From positions 42,360,901 to 42,424,900 of the forward strand of contig NC_057718.1 of assembly GCF_004010195.1 (NCBI RefSeq): DNA of 64,000 nt, read 5' to 3'. The notes under the pieces are model-generated. The model saw nothing but the letters and a program-made list of their open reading frames with translations, did not search any database and was not told the origin of the DNA. Shown piece by piece: positions 24,746-38,982 of this stretch; the stretch's first letter is position 1; each line of letters opens with the position of its first letter. Source of the stretch: Chiloscyllium plagiosum (Eukaryota). Position numbers and translations under genes: made by a program.

Positions 24746-27539
24746 CTCCGGTATATTCCTTCCTCCAATCCCTTTCCCCACTGATCCAGACCAAATATGA
24801 GCTAGATTAGCACAATGCAGAATTGAAATTTAAAATCTTCCTTTCAACACTGATTATCACATGATCAGACTTATTTACATAATATACCATGAGCTGAGTT
24901 CTGCAAAACAAACTAAAGAGGTACAAATAATGCCATTCATGACATTTCACGTTTTGGCATGTGCCACAACCGAGGTTACGTTTTTATGAATCGTATAACA
25001 ATATCTTGGCTCATTAACATAAATGGAGCACAATTTTGCTTAAAAAATGAATTACATTTCTAAATTAGTTGCAATTATCTCTGGCTGAGTTGGAGATTAA
25101 CATTTTTCAGTTATGAAATTGCAGAAATATTCTTGATATGCACAAACCATATTAAATTGCTTTGTTGCAAACAGTTGACTTCTCTTTCATATTCTGTCTT
25201 ATGAACTTATTTTCCTCTCCCAAAGAAAATTGTCAAAAATTTGTGAAAAGATCATCCAACTGCATTCACAAGGGAATAACTGAAATGAGTTCAAGCCCAG
25301 CAATTGACAGAATAATAATGAAGACCCATTAAGGAATTTATAATTCAAAGTCAGATCATATGTGCATGAAATGGCACACACATAAAATATGTTTCAGTGA
25401 AGAACTAGCTTGTTTCCAATGAGTGAATAGAATCCAAAAATCGATTGTTGAACAAGGCATGCTGATTTCAACAATCAATCCAACAGTGGCCATTCAGTTA
25501 AAAAAAACTGGTTCATTAAGGCAGGAGACATAATGGCTTATTTGTACACAGTATCAGTATTTCCAATAATAATGTTAAAAAGAGAAAAGCACAGAAACAT
25601 CACATTCATTTTAGCTTTCCTCGCAATTAACTCTAGAAATCAAATGTGGTAAAATACAAAACTAAAATCCACTGTAAGATTGCATTATTTTCTAATGCTT
25701 TTTTAAGCTATATTAATGACAAATATTCTCCTTTCTCAAAATGTTTCTTTTATCCCTCTTCTTCCTGGAAGGTTCACATGTACAGTTGCTTGATTCTGGA
25801 GCCCCATAGTGCATAATGCAAATGGTCCTTTCTCATGTAAAGACTTAACTGAATTATGTTATCAGATAAATTCATTTTTCCACTTGTGATGTAGAAGGTT
25901 ATCAAACTTGCTCCAGAAAGTCTTGCCAGTATACAAGAGTTTCAGCGCTGGAATCAAGCTTAGCATTCACACCCAACCCACATTATATTGTGAAGACTGC
26001 CAGTGCACTAAAAAACTGTAATAATTTTATGATAGTCATCCTAATGATGTTATATTGATGTTACAGCCATATAGCTGTGCTCACCTTGGCATTTTTTAGG
26101 CTGTTAATTAGTTTGTGAATTGTTTCATTCTGCCACATTATTTTCCTTGGGAAGAATAGAAAGATACAACTACTTGATTTTACAAGTCATGCAAACAAGC
26201 TGAATCAGTTTTCACTTCGCATCCACACATAATCATTATTTTATGGTTTCTGCAGGAAGTGAAGAACAGCATGAGCTGCAGCTGGTAAAAACAAAGTGCT
26301 AGAGAAATTCAGCAGGTCTGGCAGCATCTGTGCAGAGAGAAACAAAGTTAATGTTGTAATCCTTTATAACTCTTTTTTAGAATTTGCAAGCAGGCTATTT
26401 CATTTTCCCACTTGAGGTGGAAGGTACAAATTTGTTCCAGATAACTCTCTTAGGAGCACTCAGGCTTTAATAAAACTGGTCAAATCAACGTTGTAAATAT
26501 ATAACTGGATTTTTTTTCATCTAAGTTAGAAATCAACATTCTGTACAATGTATGTCATTGCTATTTTTAAAACTTCAGGAGTGGATACCTGAAATATCCG
26601 GATTTAAAATAAATTTCCAAGTAAAATATCATGCTGCAGTACTTTTAAAAGCATTCCTCATTCATGAAGTAAAATTATAACCTGCAGATTCTGTTTGTGG
26701 AAACCAGTTTGTCAAGCTAAATTAAAATGTTCAATACAGTTATTAATCTAGGACAATCTGATCCAGTTAAGTGTTCATGTATACAAGCTGGCAACAAAGA
26801 ATCTGTGCAAAACACAGATTTTCAAAATTGTGGTGGGAATCATGCCTGAATTCATGTGTCCATAATCAAGAATGTTTTTGATATCCTAATAATATCCCTT
26901 TTGGTGGAGGTAGCAGTCCTCTTGAGTAGATTGAAGATCTGTGACCATGAGAAAGAGAAAGAAAGAAAAATCCCAGCACCTTTGGATGAAAGTGAAGTAT
27001 TGCCTTCCTTTATGCCAGATTGGGTAAGTGGAACAGCTACCTGAGCGTGAAATTTACTTAACTGTCTAGTCAAGGCCAATTTATATCATAATAGTAGCCA
27101 CAGAATCAGAAGGAGGATAAATTACTTGTGAAGCAGAAAGCAACCATTGACCTGCTTGAGACTGAAGTGAAGTATTGCAATGCAGCCAAACTGCTTCTAG
27201 TTTCAACCTAAATGGAAACTGAATTGAAATGCTATCAAAATTTCTTGTCTCAACCTCAGCAAGAGAGGCATTGTCAATTTAAATTATAGAAATTTTCCAA
27301 AATACCGCTGTAGAAATCCCAATATCAGATTGTGACTACTTGCACTGATCGTAGGTAGATGGTTTAGGAAATTTCATGCTCAGAAGTTTGATTATAATTA
27401 AATCTATTTTTAGTCTAATATGTCCAAGACAAGTATTTGAAACTTAAATAAGGGCAATTATGACTCCTTGAAAGCAGTGCCAAAGTGAACTGGCCAATTA
27501 GGTTCAGGGTCAGGTCCATAGAGATGCAATAGCATACAT

Positions 27540-30500
27540 TTAAGGAGACATTTCAGAACATGCAAAAATAGAAACATTCGAACAAGCAAAAAAACTTAAG
27601 AGGATCTACCATGGATGGTTTAAATAAAAATGTTAAAGGTAATATCAGACTTAAAGAAAAAGCAAATAATTACACAATGATGGGATAAGTCGTAAGATTG
27701 GATAGTATTTTTTTTTCAAAAAGCAAAGGATGACTAAAAAGTTAATGAGAAGAAAAAAAGAGTATGGTTGACTGCTCATTAGAAATATAAAAACAGATAG
27801 CAAAAACTATATTTAAAAAGGAAAGAGGTAACAAAGTGAGCATTGGTTCTTCAGAATATGAGTAAGGGACATTAATAACAGAAAATAAAGCAATGGCAGA
27901 TAGCTGCGCAGTCTTCATTATAGAGGATACAATTAACATCTCAGAAATAGAAAATGAAAGGGAGGTAAGAAATCCAATAACCAGGGAAGAGGTATTGAAC
28001 AAATTGTTGCAGCTGTAAGTTGATGAGTGCCTGGATCGTCATGAACTTTGTCTCACAGAATTAAAGGAAAGGTCAGTTGATGCATTTTTTAAAAAACATC
28101 TAAAACTCCATAGATTCTGGGAAGATTCCATTAGATTGGAAAATGGTGGAGGTAACTGCTTTATTCAAAAAAAAGGAAAGGGGATGGGAAGACATTAGAA
28201 ATGATTTTTAGAAAGTCCATTATTTTCCAGTTGCTCTCATTTTCAAAGAAGTCATACTGGACTCAAAACATTAACTCTATTTCTCTGTGCACATATGCTG
28301 CCAGACTGGTTTCGTTTCTCTAACACTTTGTGTTTTTATTTCCAATTTTCAGCAACCATAATGGTATGCCACCAGTGCTGGTTCTCAATTTTTTAACATT
28401 TATCTCACTGATTTGGATGAAGATGATGGCTTAACTGCTAAAATTCCTGATGATACGAATGTAGGTAGGCAAGAAAGTAGTGAAGACAACATAAGGAGGT
28501 TACAAAAGAATATGGAGAGGTTAAGAAAATGAGTAAATGGAGTACAATGTGAAAAATGTGAGATTGTCCATTTTGTCAGGAAGAATTAAAAACATATTAT
28601 ACAGAAGGTAAGACAGTGTAGAGCTCCAAGATGCAGAGGGATCTTAGTGTTTTAATGGATGGATTGCCAACCCGGTTGGTAATTAAGTACAGCAAATAAT
28701 TCAGAAAGCTAATAGAATGTTGTTGTTTATTGCAAAATGAATTGGGGACCTAGGCTTGAATCCTGCCATAGCAGATGGTAGAATTTGAATTCAAATTAAT
28801 ATCTGGAATTGGGAATCGAATGATGACCATGAATCCATTGCTGATTGTTGGAAAAACCCACCTGGTTCATGAATGTCCTTTAGGGAGGGAAACTGCCATC
28901 CTTATCTGGTCTGGCCGACATGCGACTCCAGACCCACAGCAAATGTGGTTGACTCTCACCAGCCCTCTGGGCAATTAGGAATGGGCAATAAATGCTGCCT
29001 AGCCAATGACACCTTCAGCCCGTAGATGAATAAAGAAAAAAGGAAATACAGGAGTAAGGAAATTATGCTTTAGCTATATAGGACATTAGTGAGGCCACCT
29101 TTGTATATGGTGTTGGTTGCTTTATTTAAGGAATAACGCAAATACATTGGAGGCAATTCAGAGAATGTCCACTAGACTAATTCCTGCAAAGGGTGGGTTG
29201 TTTTACGAGAAAGTTTGGACAAGCCTGTCTTCTATTTGCTAACATTTAGAGAGTAAGAAATGGCTTGGTTGAAGTTAGACATGGTGCATGTGAAAAGGAT
29301 GTTTTCTCTTGTGAGATAACTTATTCGAAGGGGTCAATTTCTAAAAAATAAAGGGTCACCCATCCAATGCAGGTGAGGAGATTTTTTTTCTAACAGAGGT
29401 TTAAGAGTTTTCAGAATACTCTTCCTCAAAAGCCAATTGAAGCCAAATATTCAAAAAATTTGAAGGAAGAGATAAATAGACTCTTCGTAGATTTACACAG
29501 CATAGAAAAGGACCTTCAGTCCATTGAGTCTAGTTATATCAATGCAGACTCAAAGTGCGCTAATTCCAATTTCCTGTACTTGTCCCCCATCCTTGAATCA
29601 TATTTGAAGAGCTAATTCAAATATTCTTTAAAGGTTGTAAGGTTTCCTACCTCCACTACCTTCCCAGGTAGTGCATTCCATATTCCCACGACCCGCTGAA
29701 TGAAAAAAACTTTTTCCCAAATCCCCTCTGAATCTCCTGCCCCTTACCCCAAAACACCTCAACCAAGGGGAATAACTGCTCTCTATTCATCATGTCCACC
29801 CCTCATAATTTAATATACCTCAATCATGTTCCCCTCAGTCTTCTCTGCTCTAAAGAAAATAATCCAAGTCAATCTAGTCTCTTCTTACAACTCAATTTCT
29901 CCATCCCAGACAACATCATGAATGTCCCCTTATCACCCCCCCCCCTCCCCCACAACCCCACCCTCAGTACTATCACATCCTTCCTGTATTGAAGTGAATG
30001 GAACTGCACAGTAATCCTGACCAATGCTCTGTACAATCCAACATTACCTCCTTGCTCTTATACCCTATGGCATGACTGATGAAAGCAAGTGTTCCATACG
30101 CCACCTTAATGATCCTATTCACATGCTCTGCTGACTTCAGGGATTTGTGAATAATTACTTCAAGATACCGCTGTTCTTCTAAGCTATGCAGTGTCCTGTC
30201 ATTCATTAAATATTCTGCCTTGTACTTATCAGGGTAAAATACCATTTGTTACTGGTCTGCCTATCTGATCAACCCATCTATATCTTCCTATAACCTCAAC
30301 CATCTTCTTTGCTATTAACCACTTTACCAATCTTGGTGCCATCTACAAATTTGCTTAGCATGCCCCCCACATTTTTATCTATATCATTTATGTATATAAT
30401 AAACAATAAGGTTCCAGTACTGAGCCAAGTGGTATACCACTGGACACAAGCCTCCAGTCACTCGAACAGCCTTCTACCACTATCCTTTATGTTCTATTCG

Positions 30501-31020
30501 TAAGCCAGTTTTTCTCCATCCCATCCGGCTTTAACCTTCTCATTTAGTCTCCCATGTGTGACCTTGTTAAAAGCTTTGCTAAAATCCACATAAACTACAA
30601 CAACTGAACTTCCCTCATCCGCACAAATGATCACATTTTCAAAGGTTCTAACAAATTTGTTCGACATGACCTCCCTCTGACAAAGCTATGCTGACTACCC
30701 CTAATTAACCCCATGCCTTTCCAAGTGGGTATTAATTCACTTCTTCAGAATTTTCTCCACTACTTTCCCTATCACTGACAATGAGACTCACCATTCTGTA
30801 ATTTCCTGGTTCATCTCTAGCATCCTTCTTAAAAGGTAGAACTACATTTGCCACCTTCCAGTCCTCTGGCACTTCCCCTGTGGCCAGAGAGGAATTAAAG
30901 ATTCGTGGAAGAGGGTAAAAGGCTTTTGGAGAATATGGAGCAACCAGATCAACTGTGACCTAACTGAATGGCACAGCTGCCTTGAAGGCTAAATGGCCTA
31001 CTCCTATTTATAATTCACCC
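27540..31020. mobile_element. Cluster of nested CR1 LINEs: plus copy (about 27540-29490, resuming about 30910-31020) interrupted by a minus copy (about 29490-30900) and a SINE
   Basis: Plus strand gctaaaattcctgatgatacg (AKxxDDT). Minus ORF EQRYLEVIIHKSLK..HVNRIIKVAYGTLAFI. Confidence 0.75.
28742..29040 (+). mobile_element. tRNA-derived SINE (second family); partial copies at about 16015-16205 (-) and 59165-59280 (+)
   Basis: gcagatggtagaatttgaattc...gactccagacccacagcaa...gggcaataaatgctg plus an A tail, shared with the split copy at 12870/14290. Confidence 0.75.
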
Positions 31021-31889
31021 ATTTATCTTCAGTTGTTTTTGCATCATTTCATTATTGTTATCAGTGGTACCTGGAATTGATTCAAGAAATCTGTAGCCAC
31101 TACTATTATTTAATTAGCTCTAATATATGTTGGGAATGCCTCAAGGTTATGAGATAAATTATATGATTACAACTTCTTTATTCCAGGAGACTGAAGTACA
31201 CTAACTAAAAATACCCATACATAATATATCACACTTGTCGTTCTAAAATGATTCTCAAACTGAAAAATCATTGAATTAAAAATGAACATACTTGCGTCCA
31301 AATCCTTCATGGTCTTAGTCACTTTACAGCCTACCAAAGATCATCTTTATTCTACCAAATTTTATCTCTCACGTATCCTTAACTTTTGTTGCACTACCAT
31401 TGATGAATTTGCCTTCAACCATCTAGATCCTAAGCTCTAAAATTTGCCCCCGCAAATCAAATTATTGACCAAATTTCCAAAAAGGGTTTGTCTCACATAA
31501 ATCTTTTTGTCTGATTATCTCCTGCAAACATTTATTAAAAGTGCACAATTTAAAATGTCATTGTCACCATATTTTGGTATTTGAGGGTTCAGTTAGAGAG
31601 GTTATACCAATTAACAAAAATTTGCATTTGTCATACTTTGAAAAGAAAACTTTGATTGATAGCTCACATGGTTGTGTGGAATTAGTTCATTTTTATTAAA
31701 TTTAATGACGTTTAAACTTTAAAACACGCCAACATGATACTGAATTTTATATTTCAGCAGCTTATTCAGCACGTTAATATTTAAAAATGAGTCTGATACC
31801 TCTCCTTTGGGAACCAGTATTAAGAATAAAATATGTTCCTTTTCTGGTTTTAGAACACTGTCATGAAATGATAATAGAAGTTTTATCAG

Positions 31890-31891
<2 letters not shown>

Positions 31892-31917
<26 letters not shown>
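31892..31917. repeat. (TA)13 microsatellite
   Basis: Direct reading. Confidence 0.95.
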
Positions 31918-31922
<5 letters not shown>

Positions 31923-32288
31923 GACACAAACACACTTGAGGGGCTGTAATGACATAATGCATTGGGACCTTGGGAGAGGGTCTTTGATGTGAAAGTTATA
32001 GCCCTTGGACATGATCTTCCTTCACCCAGGTGTCAGGACTGATTGTTTCACAATGACTGTGTAACTTAGCAAAATACATTTATTTTAATAAAAACACATT
32101 TCCATAGGAATTACTGAGAATAAGTTATACCAAGCTATTATATGGATTATAATTTGGATTCCTTTCTTTTTGTGGCTAGGTTGAAGAGTGCAAAGCTTTA
32201 AGAACTGTCAAAAATATACTGAATTGAACTTTAATAAATCCCTGCATTTTGTTACATTGAATGCATGTTTGTGCTTGTGTCTTATTAG

Positions 32289-32510
32289 AGCTGAAAAATG
32301 TGTTGCTGGAAAAGTGCAGGAGGTCAGGCAGCATCCAAGGAGCAAGAGAATCGACATTTCGGGCATAAGTCTTCTTCATTTCCTGAAGAAGGGCTTATGT
32401 CCGAAACGTCGATTCTCCTGCTCCTTGGATGCTGCCTGACCTGCTGCGCTTTTCCAGCAACACATTTTTCAGCTCTGATCTCCAGAATCTGCAGTCCTCA
32501 CTTTCTCCTG
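32289..32510. mobile_element. Palindromic hammerhead-bearing short retroposon
   Basis: Exact 12-bp TSD gtgtcttattag (32277-32288, 32511-32522). Inverted arms. Plus-strand motif ttcCTGAAGAagggcttatgtccGAAAcGTCgattc (about 32380-32415). Confidence 0.85.
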
Positions 32511-33926
32511 GTGTCTTATTAGTTTTATTGTTTAATATATTTGGAGAAGTCTCCATTCCAGTATTTCAGCTTCTTTGAGGTTTTTCATTCTATTGCAGGA
32601 GGGCTTCCTTCCAAATTAGTCCTATTGCTTATCAGTATGCTATTAATTCATTCATTCGCATGGTCTGCTGACTTGCTTTCTAACCTTATTTTGAAAATAA
32701 TGTGCATAATAAAGTGATGGCTTTGAAATGCATGTATAAACTGAAAATTATGAAATATCTCTTCAGGACTTTCATTGTGCAATTTCTGAATTTTAAGGAT
32801 AAAGATACAACAGATGCAAATATATGCAAGTTACTTGCATTTAAAAAATAAGTCTCAACAATCTTACAAAAAAATGTCAGTTTTTTTTAGCTCTATATGG
32901 CTTCTATAATAAGTGGGTCAGAATTTCATACTGCACTACTTTCCTAACCATAACAATAGTCTGGCTCACCGATTTCTGATACAGCACATATTTGCCAGCA
33001 CACATTCATGAATGGACAAATCATACAAGTGACCCGATTTACATCCCAGCCCTTGCAAGATTATAGTTTTGTTATGTAACCTGGAACATTAATATTAAAC
33101 TATCTATAAATATCTGTACTTCTATTACTGGTGTATTATATTTCAAACTATGATTTTTTAAAAAATCACAAAAGGTACACTTTTATAATGTGATAATTGA
33201 AATATGAGCTCAGCTTCCTGTCCTTATCAACGAATTGACTTCTGTACAACACGTATATGGCAAAGACAAAGCATCAGTAGAATAGCAGATAGACAATAAA
33301 AAAGGATTTTGTTGTGCTATTATTATTTAAGTTTTCTACCCATTCTGCTAAATACACTATGTAAACAGAGGATGCTTTGTTTGCTTGTAGCAACTCATCA
33401 AAAAATTCTTCCAGACATTCCTAGACACATTGATTTTGAAAAGCGGCTGCTTTATGAACCTAAAGCAGCCTTCATAAAACAAGTCTGTCAGATGCAATTA
33501 ACCTACGCTTCGGAACTCTACCCTGCTGAAACAGTTGCAAAAAAGATAAGACAATTAAAAAAAAAAGCTTTACCATCTTAGTTTAACAGCTTGTTGGCTG
33601 TGCTTGACAATACTACAACACAAAACGAGGCAGTCAAAATGAGTTGTTAGGCTGAGGTTATGCCCTTCCTGTTGTGTTATCTGCCAGCAGATCAAACTGC
33701 TGACTTGGGCTCTTTCTGCCAACAATGCTGATGCTGCCTGTATGAAGATGCTGTCACCTAGTAGTCATGGTGCTTGCACTCCACAATAGAAAGGCACTAA
33801 ATTGAACTCGAAGTATTGTCTTTGTGATATCATTTCAGCAAGTCATGTCCCATTCAGCCTGATAGTTTATCTCTGTCAGGCAGGGACCCAGGCGACTATA
33901 CAAGCTGTCAGGACAGGTACACAGAC

Positions 33927-34050
33927 CTGCTCAGTGCTGAGGAGGTAATGTATCTTTCGGGCTTGGTAATGCTTTCTTCTCTCTTCCTCTTCTAACGCTT
34001 TCTTTTCCCGTTCCTTCTTCTTTGTCTCTTCGTACTCCTCCAGTTCTTTC
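33927..34050 (-). CDS. SPATA17: SPATA17 coding exon (124 bp, phase 2/0): (R)KELEEYEETKKKEREKKALEEEERRKHYQARKIHYLLSTEQ
   Basis: Acceptor ttaactgcAG|G, donor GCAG|GTctgt. Phase matches both neighbours. Matches recalled human RKALEEFAEMKEREEKK...YQARKMHYLLSTKQ. Confidence 0.93.
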
Positions 34051-37000
34051 CTGCAGTTAAGCAGAGATTTACGATGCAGATGAACTGAACAAAGCACAAT
34101 TTATAAGTAACTCCTTCAGTTTCAATAGTTCTCAATTACTCTGAAGCATATTATATTATTCAAGGTTACAACAGTGAATATATTGACATTTAAAAAATCA
34201 CATTGCTTTGGTTTTGCAGCGTGAATTTTTAATTAACATTAGGCTAAACTGCAAAAGAGACGAATCACCTGCAGTGACATGACCCCATTTTAAAATCCTA
34301 CTTCTGAAATTGTTTATTATGAAACAAATTAGAGAATAGCCTATTAGGTTTGTGGATAGTTTTTTGGCCCCAAGAGATCGAAAAGTTATAGTCACCTTTT
34401 CTACTGTAGTAAAATCTGTAGAAAGATGACCTTTCCTGATCTACATCTCAAACCCATCGTTAACTGCTAAGTAGAATTTTAAAGCTAAACAAAATTATTT
34501 TCAAAGAAAAACCCTTTGTGCTATTTGCATTATGTGGTGCCCAACAAACCTTACTATATGCTAGATTTAAGGTGTTTGTAACATCAATGACCTCTGTGTC
34601 CTTAAAGAAAAATTTATTAGGTAGTCTATTGCAGAAAATGGATTAAATTATACTAAATTATTATGTAAGAGGAAATACAATGGAAAATTAATTATGCTTT
34701 AGCAAAACAGTTTTCAAAATCAAGAAGTATGAGGGAAATAGGAAAAATCCTTCTCATGTGCCAGAACATAAAATTAAACAAAAGAACAGCAGATTGATCA
34801 GAGGATATCTGATGAAATACTTTAAGTAAAATCTTAATAATAGCTATTAAGATTTTATCAAATTTTAGTAATTAAACGTTCCATCCCTGTGTACTAAAGA
34901 CAATTTTAACCAGTATTACAATTTTAATTACTCAAGTTCTGCATGTCCTTCAGTGCTGCTGTGAAAAATCATAATCAACATTATATAAATCTATCCAACA
35001 AAAAGCATATTCATATAAATATTCATTTTAAAACAAAATTATTCTAAACTGCCACTTAAATATTCACATTGGACAAGAGATATTTGTTTAAAAGGATGAA
35101 AAAGAATTTTTAAATGCAGAAAATTCCAATTCTGATTATCAGAAATGAGATCATATATACACGTAAAAAGGTATAAACAATAAATGAAGTGCAACTTTCT
35201 CTTAATATATAGAATATACAAGTTCATTGTAAGGTTTAATATTTAGAATCAAATACTCTGCAGAGTTTCCTTCAATATATTTGAATGTCAATCTGCATTG
35301 CTTAAAAAGTGTTAGACTTATTCTAATATATTTTAATCTAATTAAGATGATATTACAAAAATATCTGGATTAAATTTATTAAAGTTGGAATTTTGTAAAT
35401 AATTTCTTATTTATAAAATATTACATTTTCTTAAGTATATACTAAATTTTAAAACTAAAAGACACAGCAGGAAATATTCGATTTTCCAAAATCAAATTTT
35501 GCTTGAATATGTATGCATATCGGTCCCCAAACTATCTCTACAAAAATATGCAATTTATCATACATTTACATTAGATTCTTTCATCACAAATGTGTGTTTA
35601 TGAAAAGATTCTGTTTAGCTTTAGAGGGTTAAATTAATTGTCTCACAAGAGAAAACTTACATAGGGGAAATTATCTGATTATGGCAGTAATAATTGCACA
35701 GCTGTTTAACACAGATAGAGAAATAATTCATGTAGGCAATAGGCCGTGGTGGCAATGACATTCTGCATTTAGTAAATATGCAAACTGTTCAGTCCTAATT
35801 ACCCATACTAAAGGATGCCCTTATTAAATGTATAAACTAAAACTGTCTGCTTGACAAGTGATAAATTGTTATATTGTGCAAAACTGCATTACAAAATTAT
35901 GGTAGTGAACTTGGGTCTCCTAACTTCATTAAGTGATTTTCCAGGAAAGTTGAATGATCAGAAGATGGACACTGCAATATATCCATCCATGGAAATGACT
36001 AAGAGCAACAGTCTTGTATGATGCAATTACTATGTTACTTTTAGTATTCCCAAGTCAGGTCCCCTCCAGAATAAATCAGGGGCAATTTAAAAGAAAGAGT
36101 ATTTCAAGATTGTGCACATGAATAAAATGTTTGCTTTGACTTTTGCAATAAATAACAGTAGCTTTCTGAGCTTCAAGCTAATAATGTTTTATTAATGTCA
36201 TGACTCAGCACCAGGGCAGCTAATTTTTAATTTCATGATATCATTTGTTTGATCCAAACAGGAGTCTATTTTTGCATATCTAGCTAGAGGTTAGAAGTGT
36301 ACAAGCTTACCAACTGCATACTCAGCCTTTAAATTAATCAGATCAATTTATCACTGCAGCAACACAAGTCTTAATTTGAAGACATATTAAGTATTGTACA
36401 TGGAGAATAATACAATACTAAGGTAAGAGTAGTTGATATAAACAGTTCACATTGAAAATTAGTAGTTTCCTTCTCCCAATAGAATATCATTGAAAATTGT
36501 ACTATATTGTCTGTTAAATTTCACGGTTTATCGCTAATGTGATGTTCTTCTAAACAGCACTAGGTGCAGTCATGCACCAAGGTAACTTGTTCTGCATCCA
36601 TTATACAGTCCATTTCATCTTATATCGTATGATGCCATAAATGTTGCATAATTTAACACTACTATAAAGGATTTCAAATTTCGCAAAATTGTGCTCTCTT
36701 TAATTATATTTATGATGCAATCAAAATGCTTTTCTTGTAAGCTTTGTACGTATCAAGAAATTTTACCACTTTTTTTGGTCATTTGTTTGTTACACATAGA
36801 ATGGATATTAGAATGATTTCCCCTTCTCTTACTGCTCATTTGACTGAAGAGAGATTTGCTTAAAAGAAAGAAAAATATTTTAACAACACCCTCACCTCGA
36901 GTGATGTAACTCTCATGGACAGACAAATGACATTTTTTTAAAAAGGTTGAAGATTTATTAGTCAATACCTGAAATGCATTTAACAGTACCCACAGAGTAC

Positions 37001-37988
37001 AACATAGGTAGCATACACTTAGGAGTTGAAGATCTAATGTTCCTCATCATATTTGCTTGTCTTAAGGTGAAACCTTGGAATGTTGCAAACCTGCGATTCT
37101 TTTTCGGTCCATAAAAAAATTGAGAAGTTAGGAAGGTTCATGAAGACAGATGTGCAATGATTTACTGCTTGCACTATTGTGTTTCTCTGCTTACAGTCCA
37201 CTTGAAGTACATCAAAAACCCTTCTTCAAAAATCAGGTTTGGTTCTTTAAATAGACAGATAAAAGTAAGCCAAACTTCCTGCCGGCTCATACTTGGCTCT
37301 TAGGTAAGGCCTGATTCTTTGCAGCTCTTGATATCTTTTCCTTCTCTTTCTGCCTGATGAAATGTTCCCTAATTGAGAAACTTGGTTTGTCTGATTTGTC
37401 CATTATCTATTTTAATTTTTCCTAACAATTGGTGTCTGATGTCCTGGTATTGATATGCTGTGCTGTTCAAGTCTAATTGACTTAAATACCACTGTGATCT
37501 CCATACCCATTCTTCAGAACTCCACTCCAAGGCCAAAAAGTCTAAGTCATGAATACCCTTCACATGTAATAGGAAGGAAACAAAGAAAAGTCTTTTTTTT
37601 GAGGGCAGAAATAGAAGGCCATATTCTAAAGGTATTGTCAATTTACATTGTTACCTGTCTGATCAGCTACACAAATCAATCTACAAAGGCTGTACCATGT
37701 ATGAACCCCATGCAAGAGAGTAAGTTTTCCCAACTGACTTGCATTGCTAACAATGTTCAATGCCTGGAAAAAATCCACCTCACGTATTTTTGGCAAAATC
37801 CATCCATGACCAAAAATGTTCCAGTACGTCACCGTGGCCTTGGCAATTTGCTTTTGGCTAAATATATTACTAGATTAGCCTTTTGTTAGCTTTTTAATAA
37901 TGCCCTTAAAGGGTTTAGATGGTCTTCCTAGATGTCTCTATAAACTAGCAAATCATCAAAATACACACCACAGCTACAATAACCAGCC

Positions 37989-38222
37989 TGTATTGATTGG
38001 AATGATGCTAGCCTGGTTGGTTTCACTGAATATGAACTCCCTGATTGGGCTGTTAATCTGCTCTAGTCAGGGAGCCCTGACTGACAGACATAAACAGGCG
38101 TGTCAGGGGTTCTGTTCACTCCAGGAGCTGGCTCTGTTCTGGCAGGGTCAGTGTCATATACTATGCACACATAAGTAAAGTGTGACTTGGTGTCGGGATG
38201 TTGGCCCTTGTGGAGTTATTCA
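37989..38222 (+). mobile_element. Solo LTR related to the 5' LTR at 12604-12838
   Basis: TGTA...TTCA ends with a 5-bp TSD cagcc (37984-37988, 38223-38227). The core gaatatgaactccctgattgggc..cagggagccctgactga aligns with the other LTR. Lengths 234 and 235 bp. Confidence 0.88.
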
Positions 38223-38648
38223 CAGCCACTACTTGATTCATTAACATTTAAAAGGTGACAGGGCATTCTTGAAACCAAATACATTACTTGCTATTAAAAT
38301 AAGCTATCTACTGAGACAAATGCTGAGATTGCCTTTTTCGGTGGTCATGGGAACATGTCAGTATTCTTTTGATAAATCGCTTTTGCTGATGAGAGTGGTG
38401 TAGCCAACTTTCTCAACACAATCTTCATTGTGAAGAATTGAATATATATGGGTTCAGAATCAAGCATTAACTTTTTGATTTTCAGCATAAAGTCTCTTGG
38501 AACTGTTCAGCTTGGGGACTAACACGATAGGGCAATGCCAGTTGCTTTGACCTGATTTGGTTATGTCATTGTCTGTGTTATATCAAACGTCCTCTTCAAC
38601 AAGCTAATTTATCAGAGCTCAGCTATTATTGGTTCTGTCTTAATAGAT

Positions 38649-38982
38649 GGGCGGCACGGTGGCATGTGGGCGGCACGGTGGCACAGTGGTTAGCACTGCT
38701 GCCTCACAGCGCCTGAGACCCGGGTCCAATTCCCGCCTCAGGCGACTGACTGTGTGGAGTTTGCACGTTCTCCCCGTGTCTGCGTGGGTTTCCTCCGGGT
38801 GCTCCGGTTTCCTCCCACAGTCACAAAAGATGTGCAGGGTCAGGTGAATTGGCCATGCTAAATTGCCCGTAGTGTTAGCTAAGGGGTAAATGTAGGGGTA
38901 TGGGTGGGTTTCGCTTCGGCGGGTCGGTGTGGACTTGTTGGGCCGAAGGGCCTGTTTCCACACTGTAATGTAATCTAATCTA
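38649..38982 (+). mobile_element. HE1-type SINE, young, with a duplicated 5' head
   Basis: gggcggcacggtggca occurs twice (38649-38664, 38668-38683). CpGs retained, (taatc)n tail, possible TSD tagat. Confidence 0.93.

Noticed and set aside
32289..32510. Classical DNA-transposon MITE interpretation of the palindromic elements
   Set aside because: TSDs are long and variable (9-16 bp), the arms are asymmetric with a one-sided tail, and monomeric copies exist. This fits PLE-type retrotransposition with inversion rather than TIR elements.
38668..38740. tRNA gene
   Set aside because: The A/B boxes belong to a SINE head that continues into the HE1 body; no complete cloverleaf is evident.
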